The notes below the pieces were generated by a model. It did not search any database. It was not told where the DNA came from and saw nothing but the letters and a program-made list of their open reading frames with translations. Source: an uncultured Methanosarcinaceae archaeon (GTDB taxonomy: Archaea; Halobacteriota; Methanosarcinia; Methanosarcinales; Methanosarcinaceae). Taken from it: a DNA stretch of 64,000 bases. Of the stretch, positions 1 to 10,642 are shown one piece after another. A program made the position numbers and the translations under genes. The stretch lies in the NCBI GenBank assembly GCA_963721455.1, contig CAVRJG010000003.1, positions 1 to 64,000 on the forward strand. The letters run 5' to 3'. Position 1 is the stretch's first letter, and the number at the start of each line of letters is the position of its first letter.

Positions 1-1517
1 GAATGGTTACGTTTTTTCCTTGTTTCTCCCTTTGTTTCTCCCTTTGTTTTTTCCTTTGTTTCTCCCTTTGTTTCTTCCTTTGTTCCTTCCTCCATTTTCT
101 CCCTTTTAATTATCCCTTCGGCTGCCATAATCCCTGTAGCGGCAGCGTTGACTATATCCCTTGAAAGCCCTGCCCCGTCTCCTGCCGCAAAGAGGTTTTT
201 GATGCTGGTTTCCATTTGCCTGTCGACTTTCAGGTGCATTGCGTAGAACTTGACTTCAGGGGCGTACAATAAGGTCGAATCTGAAGTAACGCCTGGAATG
301 ATCTCGTTTAAGGTCTCAAGCCCTTCGATTATGTCCATAACTATCCTGTGAGGCAGTGCCATTGAGATGTCGCCGGGCGTAACATCTTTGAGCGTATTTA
401 TAACAAGGTTTTTGGCAATGCGTTCTTTTGTAGAGCGGCGGCCGCGCCTGAGGTCCCCCATGCGCTGCAGGACAGGCTTTCCTCCTCCTATGGTAGTTGC
501 AAGCTTTGCAATTGAACGGGCGTATTTGGTGGTGTTTTCCATGGGCTCGGTAAGCTCGATTCGAACAAGGAAGGCGAAATTGGTATTTTCTGATTCCGTG
601 TTTGCCATGGAATGGCCGTTGGTTGCGATAAAGCCTTCATACTCCTCCTTTACGACAAACCCGCGCATATTTGTGCAGAACGTCCGCACGAAGTCGTCAT
701 AACGGCGGCTCTGGATATGGAACTTGGGGTCGCGGTTGATTCTCGTCACCGGGTCCATAACGATTGCAGGGACTTCTACCCTTACCCCGATGTCAATTCC
801 GCCATACCTGGCTTCTATTCCGTGCTTCTCAATCATGTCCGAGACCCAATTGCAGCCCCGTCTCCCCGTAGACAGGAGCACGTAGCTGGCATGGATTACC
901 TGCCCGCCAGAGAGTATGATACCCTTGCAGGTCCCTTCCTCGACCAGCAGGTCCTCTACCACAGTCTCAAGCAGGAAGTCCACACCTTTGTTAACAAGGT
1001 CCTGTTTGAAGCGCCCTATGACTGCAGGGGCGTTATCAGAGCCTATATGCCGCTGCTTTATCTCGATAAAGCGGGCTCCGACAGAAGCAGCCCTTCGCTT
1101 CAGGTCTTCGATTTCCGGGCCTTCCGTACGCAGGGCTCCCTGGGGTGCTCCGAATTTCAGGAAGACCTTATCCACTCGCTCAACAAGCTCCCAGGCTTCT
1201 GTCTGGTCTCCTGTCAGAGCCGCCAGGTCTCCTCCAACATCAGGCCGCAGGTTTAATGTTCCATCCGAAAAAGTCCCGCAGCCTCCTACCCCGCACATAA
1301 TATCGCAGGGCGTGCAGTGCATACAGTAGGTCTGGGTTTTCATGGGGCAAAGGCGTTTTTCGATGTCCCTGCCCATGTCCACAATGAGAATTCTCAGCGG
1401 CTGAAACGCAGCAAGCTCGTAGGCTGCAAACATCCCGGCAGGCCCTGCTCCTATAATTATGACATCGTAGTCCGAATTTCTCTCCCCTATCCCCAAAAAT
1501 TTATCTCCATTATCCAT
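1..1517 (-). CDS. FAD/NAD(P)-dependent oxidoreductase (uncharacterised FAD-dependent dehydrogenase family); 3' end runs off the window
   Basis: Manual translation from ATG at 1517: MDNGDKFLGIGERNSDYDVIIIGAGPAGMFAAYEL (GxGxxG), GVGGCGTFSDG, and C-terminal LFAAGDGAGLSRDIVNAAATGIMAAEGI. No stop codon inside the window, so it is absent from the ORF track. Confidence 0.9.
   Translation of the reverse strand, partial: MDNGDKFLGIGERNSDYDVIIIGAGPAGMFAAYELAAFQPLRILIVDMGRDIEKRLCPMKTQTYCMHCTPCDIMCGVGGCGTFSDGTLNLRPDVGGDLAALTGDQTEAWELVERVDKVFLKFGAPQGALRTEGPEIEDLKRRAASVGARFIEIKQRHIGSDNAPAVIGRFKQDLVNKGVDFLLETVVEDLLVEEGTCKGIILSGGQVIHASYVLLSTGRRGCNWVSDMIEKHGIEARYGGIDIGVRVEVPAIVMDPVTRINRDPKFHIQSRRYDDFVRTFCTNMRGFVVKEEYEGFIATNGHSMANTESENTNFAFLVRIELTEPMENTTKYARSIAKLATTIGGGKPVLQRMGDLRRGRRSTKERIAKNLVINTLKDVTPGDISMALPHRIVMDIIEGLETLNEIIPGVTSDSTLLYAPEVKFYAMHLKVDRQMETSIKNLFAAGDGAGLSRDIVNAAATGIMAAEGIIKREKMEEGTKEETKGETKEKTKGETKGETRKKRNH
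12..88 (-). repeat. Imperfect 12-bp tandem repeat (GAAACAAAGGGA) encoding an ETKG/ETKE tail
   Basis: About 6 copies of ccctttgtttc-like units are visible at 12-88. Confidence 0.8.
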
Positions 1518-2534
1518 GCGTAGCACCCTTTATAATTTCTGTAAGCACTTGAATAATCTGAAATTTCCAGTCTTAAGAATTTCCAGTCTCAGGAATTAAA
1601 ATCCTGGAAACTATGCTTAATTTTAAAACAAAATCTGTTCAAATCCCTGTGAATCCCCGAATCCCATACAAAACGCTTTAACTGGTTTCTATTCTTTTGG
1701 CATCGGTTAACGAATTTTATGCACAACTTCGAATACCACGTATATCGATTTTCCAACATAATTCCCAGATATATAGCATAAAAAATAACACTTTTTGATG
1801 TTTTAAACCTTAACCGAATCCAAATGGATTTCTTATATTTGTAAGCTCATTTTGCACTTAGATCTTCTCGTGCAAGGCTTTTCCTGCAGAAAGTTATATC
1901 ATGAGCAGATTAAAAAATAATGCCAGAATCCAGTACTAACCTGTAATCGTTTCTTGTGCTGCAAAAGCGCTCTCACACTCAACCTCATTTTAAATTTTTT
2001 ATTTATGTGTATGGATGTGCCGAATCAAAGGAAACTGGAAATACAAGTTATAAAAAGATAAACAAAAGCCTGCAACAGAGGAATAGAGGTAATCTTCGCA
2101 AACAATTCTTCCCCTATACCTTAATCAGGTATGAAACTGTCCGTATAAAAAACTTCCATTTTACTTGAAATATATAAAATGTATGTCTGGACTGAATAAA
2201 AAAATACGGAAAAGGATTTATTAAAAAGTAAATCTAAAATTTTTGTCCTTTTAATTCCCAGATAACTTTCCAACCTGCTTCAGGGATCTATATAGTTAAT
2301 CTAACAGTAAGCAATGGGAAAGATACTTCATCAAAAACTCAAGAAATAGTTGTGCAGGAAGCTAAAATTCCTCATATATTACAGTTTCCAAAAGCAAATG
2401 AATGACTTATATTGAAAAAACAATGGAAAAGTTGAGGCTAAGGGGTAAATAGGGGGCAATTGATCAAATCTGACAAAATAAACCCTCTGGCATTGTTGGG
2501 CAGATTTGAGAACCATTATCAGGCCTGTGATCTT

Positions 2535-5273
2535 TCAGCTTACTCTTCTGATAATCAGTTTCTTTACATCCTTTTTCCCGTCCCCTTCGTAGCCGGCTTC
2601 GTTTTCTTTATTATCTGAGATTTCAATCCAGACCCGGAAGTGATAGTCATCGCCTGCTCCAAGGTCTCTGACAAGGATTTCAAGGGGTTTTTCCTTAGCA
2701 GGTTCTTTTTTCCCTCTGAACTTCTGGTGAAATATTTTTGCTGCAGCCTTTTCCGGGGCAGGGGCTGAGACAACACCTATCATTCCGCCGTTTTCATCCG
2801 TGGCAATGAAGGTTTTTTCCTTTTTATCCTGTGCTGTTGAAGGTTCCTGCTTTATGGTTTCCCGCCTGAGCTGGCGCCTGACCCTATCCAGGGCATCTCC
2901 TGTATCTCTTTTTTCCGGAGCTGGTCTCGAAGCCCTGATTTCGGAAAGGTGCTTTTCTTTTTTCTCAGGTGGGATGTAAGGGGCTTTTCCAAGAATTTCG
3001 TGCAGGAGCATTATTGCAGCATGCTTATCCAGGGGCTCGTTATTGTTTCCGCACTTTGGGGACTGGATGCAGCTTGGGCAGCCGCTTTCACAGGGGCAGC
3101 TCTCGATTGCTTTTAAGGTACCGTCAAGCACCTGTTCGATCAGGTCATAACCTTTCTCTGCGTACCCTACTCCTCCCCTGTGCCCATCATAGATGAATAT
3201 CCCGCTTTTGCCTCCAAGATCGGGGTGAGATGGAGTGGAAAGCCCACCCACGTCACTCCTGTCCACAAGCAGGTGAAGAGGGTACATGGAAATTATTGCA
3301 TGCTCTACTGCATGGATCCCCCCCGCAAAATCCAGCTTATGCTCTTCTATCATCTCCTGCAGCCTGTTCGGAAGCTTTAGCCAGAGAGCCATTGTCTGAA
3401 GGGTGACTGGAGGCATCTCAAGGTTGTGAGCACTCATGATATCGTTGCTCTGGGCCTGGATTTTCCTGTACCCTATTACCCTGTCCGTTACTTCTACTTC
3501 CCCAAGCCCGACTTCAACTTCAGGAGCGTGCAGAAGAGATTTTACTGCATAGGTCTCCTGCACAAGCACTGAAGAGTCGATCATGGGTTTCGTATAATAG
3601 GTGTCATGCGTTTTTACGGCATGGATCTCCTTCTTTTCATGGTCGATCCTGTCTACGTAGTAGGGTTCTCCCCTGTGCATATAGACAGCACCGGGATGGC
3701 ACTCCCGAAAAGCCAGGGTCTCTTCGATGTCCTTTTCGATAGGGAAGCTCTTTTCCCCTTCAAAAGCAAGAAGGGAGTAAGTATTATTGTCTATTCCCCG
3801 GAGAGAGACATGTTTGTACGGAAAAGAGTCAGTGGAATATTTCAGCTCGTCACCTGCAAGCAGGCCTTCGGCTTCCAGAAGTTCCACAACTCTTGGATAC
3901 CCCTTTCCAAAATATTTCTCATCGGACGCCCGCAGAGGAATTTCTTTTGCTGCACAGAGCAGGTGCCCGGCAAGGATATACGGGTTTTTGGGGTTAAGGA
4001 CTGCATTTTCGCTGCTTCTCGCAAAAAAGTCGGCAGGGTTTCTCATATAATACTGGTCAAGGGCGTTTGTGCCTGCTACCAGCACAACAAGGCTTTCGTT
4101 TCCGCTCCTGCCTGCCCTTCCTGCCTGCTGCCTTGCGCTCATAACCGTTCCCGGATATCCGTCCAGAATACAGGCATCAAGCCCTCCTATATCTATCCCG
4201 AGTTCGAGCGCATTTGTGGAAATAACCCCTCGAAGTTCCCCTGAATTCATTTTCCTTTCGATTTCTTCCCTTTCCCTGTCAAAATACCCGCTTCTGTACG
4301 AGCAGATCGCAGGGGAGAGATTTCTATCCCTCAAAAGCTCCCTGCAGCTTTTATACATCCGTTCAACCCCCTGCCTGGACCGGGTAAAGGCTAGAGTCTG
4401 AAGCCCTGCCTGGACAGACTTTGTAAAAAGGGAGGAAGCTTCGGAAAAGCTGCTTCTCCTTAGAGTACAGCCCTTATTGTTCAGATAAAGGGGAGGGTTC
4501 CAGAATACGAACTGCTGGCTGCCCTGAGAAGAGCCGTTATTCTCGACGACCTCTGCTTTCCGCCCAATCAGGGTCCCCGTATGGTCGTCGGGGTTTCCGA
4601 TGGTTGCAGAACAGCAGATGAACTGCGGTGCCGCTCCGTAATATTCAGCCACGCGCAAAAGCCGCCTGAGCAGGTTTGCCATATTGCTCCCTATAACTCC
4701 CCTGTAGTAATGGCTCTCGTCAACGACTATGAATTTGAGGTTTGAAAAAAAGCGTCTCCAGAGGTGGTGCCAGGCAAGAAAACTCATGTGGATCATTTCG
4801 GGATTTGTTAAAATCACATTGGTCTGCCCTTCTCTTACTTTCCTTTTCTGAGCCTCGTTCAGGGCGCCTGTGTAACGGGCTATGCCTGCACCTGATTTCA
4901 GCGACTCTTCAAATCCCAGAAAGGACTTTAACTGGTCGTTTACAAGAGCATTTAAAGGAGAGATATAAAGGGCAGTCGATTCAGGATTTTCCAGGACAGC
5001 TTCAAAAATAGGGACCATGTACGTAAGGGACTTTCCGCTTGCCGTGGTCGTGCAAAGAACAATGTCTTTTCCTTCCCTGATATTTTCAATGGCTTCAGCC
5101 TGATGAGTATAAAGCTCTTCAATCCCTATGTCTGAAAGGGCAGCTTTTACCTGCGTTTTCAGCTCCAGAGACGCATAAAGGGCTTCTCTTGCAGGGATTT
5201 CCTCACTGTGGACTATCTGGTTTTCGTAGCGGCTGGAAGCTTTTATTTGATTTAGAAAGCGGGAGATGTCCAT
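2535..5273 (-). CDS. DEAD/DEAH-box helicase with DUF1998 (MrfA/Hrq1/SftH family) and a C-terminal MC1-like extension
   Basis: Motifs LYTHQ, TASGKS, DESH, SAT, ALELGIDIG, QQAGRAGR and the zinc site CPCESGCPSCIQSPKC. The likely start is MDISRF at 5273. Confidence 0.93.
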   Translation of the reverse strand: MDISRFLNQIKASSRYENQIVHSEEIPAREALYASLELKTQVKAALSDIGIEELYTHQAEAIENIREGKDIVLCTTTASGKSLTYMVPIFEAVLENPESTALYISPLNALVNDQLKSFLGFEESLKSGAGIARYTGALNEAQKRKVREGQTNVILTNPEMIHMSFLAWHHLWRRFFSNLKFIVVDESHYYRGVIGSNMANLLRRLLRVAEYYGAAPQFICCSATIGNPDDHTGTLIGRKAEVVENNGSSQGSQQFVFWNPPLYLNNKGCTLRRSSFSEASSLFTKSVQAGLQTLAFTRSRQGVERMYKSCRELLRDRNLSPAICSYRSGYFDREREEIERKMNSGELRGVISTNALELGIDIGGLDACILDGYPGTVMSARQQAGRAGRSGNESLVVLVAGTNALDQYYMRNPADFFARSSENAVLNPKNPYILAGHLLCAAKEIPLRASDEKYFGKGYPRVVELLEAEGLLAGDELKYSTDSFPYKHVSLRGIDNNTYSLLAFEGEKSFPIEKDIEETLAFRECHPGAVYMHRGEPYYVDRIDHEKKEIHAVKTHDTYYTKPMIDSSVLVQETYAVKSLLHAPEVEVGLGEVEVTDRVIGYRKIQAQSNDIMSAHNLEMPPVTLQTMALWLKLPNRLQEMIEEHKLDFAGGIHAVEHAIISMYPLHLLVDRSDVGGLSTPSHPDLGGKSGIFIYDGHRGGVGYAEKGYDLIEQVLDGTLKAIESCPCESGCPSCIQSPKCGNNNEPLDKHAAIMLLHEILGKAPYIPPEKKEKHLSEIRASRPAPEKRDTGDALDRVRRQLRRETIKQEPSTAQDKKEKTFIATDENGGMIGVVSAPAPEKAAAKIFHQKFRGKKEPAKEKPLEILVRDLGAGDDYHFRVWIEISDNKENEAGYEGDGKKDVKKLIIRRVS

Positions 5274-5643
5274 TTTTTTTCGGCACCGTTTTATTTTATT
5301 CATTCCCTTATATTCTGGTCTTCCACTTCTACGTGGCTGATATTTTAATCTTCTCTTTTTCCAGTTCGGTTGAGGATTACGCTTTAATTTGATCGAAGCC
5401 CACCGGTTCCAGTCGCACGAGGCGCAGAACAGTGTCCAGGAACATTCCTCTGGGTTCGTTATAGTATTCGATGAACATTTTTAGCTGCGTTGTGCTAGTG
5501 CACTTGATTTTTTACAGATATTTGAGTACTTTTAAGTCATTTTATTTATAAGCCTTGAACCTATCGATAGAAAAGAGTAGAGTCATTCAAGTGGATTAGT
5601 AAAATGAGTAAAATGGATGAGTAAACTGAATCAATATACTGAA

Positions 5644-6216
5644 TCAGAACTCAACCTTCGGGACTTCTCTTTCTGCTTGCATGGCTTCAAATAACTCTTT
5701 TTTCTGGAATCCCAGCAAAGAAGCAACAATATTTTTCGGGATTGTCTGAATACTGATATTATATTTCATAACGGTGTCATTATAAAATTGTCTTGAGTAG
5801 GCAATTTTGTTCTCGGTCTCCATGAGATCTTTCTGGAGCTGTATAAAGTTCTGGTTGGCTTTCAGGTCAGGATAGTTTTCTGCAACTGCAAAAAGGGATT
5901 TCAGGGTAGAGGAAAGGTAATTGGATGCTTCTGCCGTTTCATTTACATTATTTGCAGACATTACTGCAGCCCTGGCTTTTGTAATGTTTTCGAAAAGGGT
6001 TTTTTCGTGTTTTGCATATCCTTTCACAGTTTCTAGCAGGTTGGGGATAAGGTCATAGCGCCTTTTCAGCTGGACCTCTATCTGAGCCCAGGCATTTTCT
6101 ACTCTGTTTCGCTGCTTGATAAGGTCATTGTAAATTATAACGAAAAGCAAACCTAAGATTATTGCTACTATTACCAGAATTTCTACTATCATATAAATCA
6201 CCATCTCTTTATCCAA
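5644..6216 (-). CDS. lemA: LemA family protein
   Basis: N-terminal TM segment, then [19 protein letters not shown] and [15 protein letters not shown], typical of LemA. Confidence 0.93.
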   Translation of the reverse strand: MDKEMVIYMIVEILVIVAIILGLLFVIIYNDLIKQRNRVENAWAQIEVQLKRRYDLIPNLLETVKGYAKHEKTLFENITKARAAVMSANNVNETAEASNYLSSTLKSLFAVAENYPDLKANQNFIQLQKDLMETENKIAYSRQFYNDTVMKYNISIQTIPKNIVASLLGFQKKELFEAMQAEREVPKVEF

Positions 6217-6222
6217 AGTACT

Positions 6223-8061
6223 TTATCTGGCACCGCCGCCGCCTCCACCAGAACCGCCACCTACCCCGCCTACCCCGCCGCTTCCCCCGGACGGAGTGGA
6301 TGATGCATATGCGTTCCCAAAACCGGAATCAAATTGAGCATAACTGTGGTGTATGAGATAGAAGTTGCTCCCTTGCAGCTGTTCAGACGGAACGACCAGA
6401 GACATATTGTGAAGGACTTCCTTTGCGACTCCCAGAGAGGTTGCATACACCAGATAATGATCCCAGATCTTTATTGATTCCGGAGGATGCTCTTTGAGAG
6501 CAGAAAAATCTGTGAGATATTTTTTAAAATTATCCCAGCGTTTATAGTAGAGTTTTCCTTCAGGGGTCCAGCGCCCAAGTATCTTTTCGAAGGTTCCGGA
6601 GAAAACCAGCATAACGATCCCAAAAGCTAAGATGAAAATAACCAACGTATTCAGATTTGACGCCAGGGGAAACTCTTCTGAAGGGAAATATTTCGAGAAT
6701 GCAACTAAATAAATAAATGCTGCTATTAAAGTGGCTAAAGAAAATATACTCATGTACGTGTTTCCCGTGGATCGGAAAAGTTTATCAACTGAAGTATGTA
6801 CTTTGACTTTTTTATTCCACGCGGTGATAAATTCATAGAAATCAGTTCCTTTTCCAAGCTCTTTTTTCAGTTCATTCCAGGAGATTTTACTTTCATAAGC
6901 ATGGCTTTTTAATAAATTAAATACATCTTTTTCAAAATCATCCAGTTCGCGTATATTTCCTTTAGCTTCCGAATAAATGTCATGGTCAATAATTTCAATT
7001 ACAATATCCTCAGAATCGGATTTGAACAGGCCTAATGCTTTGCTTTCTTCTGATTTTATAGTGCGCAGAGAAATATAACCAAGGTTAACAAGATCCATAA
7101 CCGTAGCTGTAAAGCCTTCCATTGTAGGAATTCCCATTTTTCCCCGCATGATCGCATTGACGACTGCAGGTCTGGAATTGGTAGGCGGCTCTCTCTCATA
7201 TATTCCCTCATAATCTATTTTTGGTTCTCTCCCATATCTGAAATATATAAAGAAAGGAAATGCCAGAGCCAGGAACGCAAGCAAGACTGTTAGATTATAA
7301 AGGTTCTTTAAGATCGAGCCTCTATGTTGGTATTCATTCTCAATAGCTAATATCTTTTCAAGGCCCTCTTCGTCATCTACTTGAACCAGGCTGGAATTGG
7401 GAGATGCGATCCTTGGAAAAACCACTCTGATTTCATACCATTTATTAGGGGGAATCTCCGTTGTCCTTAAATTGAGGACGTTCTGTTCCACATTCGCATC
7501 CTGTGTATAGCCAGTCGGATGGATCCAGTACTGGACCTCACTTTCGTTTTTCACAGGAAGTTTAATGCTTCCTTTCAAGCTGTCGAGAGGTTTCTCCCAT
7601 TCCTCCCCCCAGAGCTTATAGTGGAATTCGGAAACATCGCTGTGGACTTTGACTGCGCCATAATGATCGTAGGAAATAAAAAAAGTTACTTTTTCAGGGG
7701 TGGGGTTCGGAAGCGAGCCTACCAGCTCGTATCCTTCGGAAGTCGGATTAACACTGAATTTACATGCTTTGTCTGAACAATATCCCTCGATATTCTGGAT
7801 GGATTCCCCGGGCGACAACTTGAGGGTTCTAAAAACTTCATTATAATTTCCTTCAAATGTGTATGAAATCGACTCTTCAACATGGACTATTCCGCTGGGA
7901 TCAATAGTTATATTCGTCATAGCACCTTCCAGCGTGTAGTCTCTTGCGCTGGCTGAAGGCACGAGGCAGAGAACAACCAGCAAAAGAATAACTGTTTTCA
8001 ATGCCGTAGAATTAATATTTGCTTTTCTGACAGGTTCAACAGAACCATTCGAAAGTCGCAA
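6223..8061 (-). CDS. DUF2207 family membrane protein
   Basis: Signal peptide, WDHYLVYATSLGV, Gly-rich C-terminus GGGSGGGGGGAR, and adjacency to lemA. Confidence 0.9.
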   Translation of the reverse strand: MRLSNGSVEPVRKANINSTALKTVILLLVVLCLVPSASARDYTLEGAMTNITIDPSGIVHVEESISYTFEGNYNEVFRTLKLSPGESIQNIEGYCSDKACKFSVNPTSEGYELVGSLPNPTPEKVTFFISYDHYGAVKVHSDVSEFHYKLWGEEWEKPLDSLKGSIKLPVKNESEVQYWIHPTGYTQDANVEQNVLNLRTTEIPPNKWYEIRVVFPRIASPNSSLVQVDDEEGLEKILAIENEYQHRGSILKNLYNLTVLLAFLALAFPFFIYFRYGREPKIDYEGIYEREPPTNSRPAVVNAIMRGKMGIPTMEGFTATVMDLVNLGYISLRTIKSEESKALGLFKSDSEDIVIEIIDHDIYSEAKGNIRELDDFEKDVFNLLKSHAYESKISWNELKKELGKGTDFYEFITAWNKKVKVHTSVDKLFRSTGNTYMSIFSLATLIAAFIYLVAFSKYFPSEEFPLASNLNTLVIFILAFGIVMLVFSGTFEKILGRWTPEGKLYYKRWDNFKKYLTDFSALKEHPPESIKIWDHYLVYATSLGVAKEVLHNMSLVVPSEQLQGSNFYLIHHSYAQFDSGFGNAYASSTPSGGSGGVGGVGGGSGGGGGGAR

Positions 8062-8141
8062 CCAATTTCCTCCAACTCTGTATTCTTTTCGGAATATTAA
8101 TATTTTATCAGAGTCCTCTTAATACTTAGGTTCGAACTGGT

Positions 8142-9248
8142 TCACAGATGGCTATTTTTTGTAAATTGTAATTTTCCCAGTATAAAGGGAAAATAGTTGT
8201 TAATGATAAAGATCACAGGTATCAGGCAAATAAGATTAAGAACCGTTAAGCCCAATGCTAAAGCAGTTTTACAATAGAAACACTCAAGCTCTGTCCCAAA
8301 AATGATAACTGAAAGTTTTGTCAGGACATCCTTTAGAGGAAAATGAAGTGCAAGCACAGTGAGGCTGTTTCTCCCATAATATTCCAGTATTTTTGAACTT
8401 CCTATTTTTTTGAAAAGATAAACAAAGGCAAAGATCCCTGAGAACGCAAGGAGATAATACGAGAAGAAACTCCCGTATTTCAGCACGTTCATATTGACCT
8501 TATCTGTTGTGGGAAGCTCCAGGAGATACACGAAATAAAGCAAATTCAAAAGGATAAAGATCCCAGGGAAAAATTTCTCAACTCGGGAGAACCCTTCCCG
8601 AAACCTTGAATCTGCCTCCAAACTGGAACCAGATCCGGACTTTGCTTCTGGCTCTGTGATTTTTCTGAATAGATTGCCGGCTCCGTAAAAGACCACAGCA
8701 GAGAGAGCCACATCAGCGTTCCAGGGCAGCCTGAAAGGTACATATACAGAATAAAGATACCCGACCACTCCGGCTGCGGTAAGCCAGAGCACAAGCTTTT
8801 CCGGCTTTCCGTAATAGCTTTTTGCAAGCCCGTAAAAGAGAAGTTCGGTTATGAAAAGGCAGGTAAGGAACCAGAGAGGAGGATTATAAGATACAAGTGG
8901 TCCCAGTGCATACAGGATGGAATAGATGCCGTAAAGAGCACTGGCCTCAAAAAACTCAATATTTGTGACTCCGGGCTGGAATCCCGTATCCAGTAAAAAG
9001 TAGAACAGGCAGGTAAGCAGTGCAAAACAGAAGTAAGGCACGATAAGAGATCTTAATTTCCCCTTTACAAAATTAGAAACTGATTCTGCATATTTCCCGA
9101 AGTCAAAAAGGAATCCGGAAATGAAAAAGAAGAGCGGCATGTGGAAAGAAAATATGTAAGTATCAAGCGCTACCGGTAAGCTGTGGTGCGCAAATACTAC
9201 AAGCATAATCCCTATCCCTTTTAAAGCGTCAATCCAGTGAAGTCTCAT
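8142..9248 (-). CDS. Acyltransferase family 3 membrane protein
   Basis: WIDALKGIGIMLVVFAH, FHMPLFFFISG and PLWFL motifs with multiple TM segments. Confidence 0.9.
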   Translation of the reverse strand: MRLHWIDALKGIGIMLVVFAHHSLPVALDTYIFSFHMPLFFFISGFLFDFGKYAESVSNFVKGKLRSLIVPYFCFALLTCLFYFLLDTGFQPGVTNIEFFEASALYGIYSILYALGPLVSYNPPLWFLTCLFITELLFYGLAKSYYGKPEKLVLWLTAAGVVGYLYSVYVPFRLPWNADVALSAVVFYGAGNLFRKITEPEAKSGSGSSLEADSRFREGFSRVEKFFPGIFILLNLLYFVYLLELPTTDKVNMNVLKYGSFFSYYLLAFSGIFAFVYLFKKIGSSKILEYYGRNSLTVLALHFPLKDVLTKLSVIIFGTELECFYCKTALALGLTVLNLICLIPVIFIINNYFPFILGKLQFTKNSHL

Positions 9249-9350
9249 ATTAACCCGGAATGTAAACAATGTGTACATTATAAATATATTTTTTGGATTA
9301 CCAAAACTTCCACTATAGTTTCTTTGTTTCCTTGTTTTCCGGTAGAAACT

Positions 9351-9406
9351 TGATATTTAATCTGATATTTAACCTGATATTTAACCTGATATTTAACCTG
9401 ATATTT
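9351..9406. repeat. 12-bp tandem repeat (TGATATTTAACC), about 4.5 copies
   Basis: Directly visible in the divergent intergenic region. Confidence 0.85.
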
Positions 9407-9522
9407 TCTTTGATTCTATCCGAACTTTACCCGCACCTCTTTGTCTCTGTTTTGCGGATCCTTTGCTTTTAAAGGGCCTGTGCAGGGGCAAAGCTTTAAA
9501 TCAGATGATTCAGTTGTATCGC

Positions 9523-9590
9523 ATGTTTCATTTTCGGGATTAGGTCCCGTTGGAATGTGGTCCTGCAGGCAGGGCTGAACCGTGAAACAT
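9523..9590 (+). promoter_or_regulatory. Putative structured 5' leader of rpl15e (eL15 r-protein leader-like)
   Basis: ATGTTTCA (9523) pairs with TGAAACAT (9583-9590) and encloses CGGGA-ttagg-TCCCG and CCTGC-ag-GCAGG hairpins. A TATA-like TTTAAA lies at about 9495. Confidence 0.55.
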
Positions 9591-9611
9591 AAGTGAAACT
9601 TGGTGTTATAA

Positions 9612-10202
9612 TTGTCAAAATCTTTTTACGGATACATACGTGATGCATGGAAAAACCCTGATGAGACTTACGTGAACGAGCTCCGCTGGGAGCGCATGCA
9701 GGTCTGGAGAAAGCAGGGGTCTGTGACCAGAATAGAAAGACCGACCAGGATTGACAGGGCACGCTCCCTTGGATACAAAGCCAAGCAGGGAATTGTCGTT
9801 GTCAGAGTGAATGTGCGCCGTGGAGGGCTTGGTAAATCAAGACCCAAACGTGGAAGAAGAACCCAGAAAATGGGGACGAACAAGATCACAGGTGGAATGA
9901 GCATCCAGAGGATTGCCGAAGCCCGTGCAGACCGCAAATACCCGAACCTTGAAGTTCTGAACTCCTACTGGGTAGGGGAAGATGGAAAGCACAAGTGGTT
10001 TGAAGTCATCCTTGTAGACCCGCACCACCCTGTAATAAAGAGCGACAAGAATTTGAACTGGATTTGTGACTCGTCCATCAGAGGCAGAGCCTCAAGGGGT
10101 AAAACCAGTATCAGCCGCAAGGGTAGAGGCATGACTACACGCGGTAAAGGTACTGAGAAAACCAGGCCGAGCATCCGTGCACATCAGAGTCGAGGCAAGT
10201 GA
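9612..10202 (+). CDS. rpl15e: 50S ribosomal protein L15e
   Basis: [19 protein letters not shown] and [26 protein letters not shown]. Confidence 0.98.
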   Translation: MSKSFYGYIRDAWKNPDETYVNELRWERMQVWRKQGSVTRIERPTRIDRARSLGYKAKQGIVVVRVNVRRGGLGKSRPKRGRRTQKMGTNKITGGMSIQRIAEARADRKYPNLEVLNSYWVGEDGKHKWFEVILVDPHHPVIKSDKNLNWICDSSIRGRASRGKTSISRKGRGMTTRGKGTEKTRPSIRAHQSRGK

Positions 10203-10642
10203 TTCATCACATAACGCTGCGTGTGCTCGCCCACGCAACCGAAGACGTATCCAGAGTCAAGACGACTCTGGACTTTTTTTTATCCGGTGCCGGCGTCCGG
10301 GAAGGGAGTAAGCTGATTGAAGAGCTTCAGGCTGAAGGGCACCATGGAAATCCCATTACCATCCTGAGCGTGCAGCTTAAAAGAAAGGCAGACTGTCTGG
10401 GTTTTGCCCGCTTTGTCCACGAAAGATTTTCGGGAGAAGACGTAGCACGGCTCAGGGAAGAAATGCCTGAGAGGCTGGACGACAATCAGGTCTTCCATCT
10501 CCGCTTTGACAAACAGGCTGCATACCTGCAGCAGGTAAAGCTGACCGATTCCTCGGATGCGATCACTGCAAAAGTAAAGATCGAGACCTATCCGAAGAAC
10601 TGGGAAAAAGCCGGAGCTATAGTGGAGGAGTTGTTTGGGTAA
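10199..10642 (+). CDS. DUF54 family RNA-binding protein of the exosome superoperon
   Basis: HATED, GHHGNPI and LRFDKQAAY motifs in the conserved position. Confidence 0.9.
   Translation: MIHHITLRVLAHATEDVSRVKTTLDFFLSGAGVREGSKLIEELQAEGHHGNPITILSVQLKRKADCLGFARFVHERFSGEDVARLREEMPERLDDNQVFHLRFDKQAAYLQQVKLTDSSDAITAKVKIETYPKNWEKAGAIVEELFG

Noticed and set aside
367-1523. Several + strand ORFs of 68-214 aa
   Set aside because: They are antisense shadows of the FAD oxidoreductase on the - strand.
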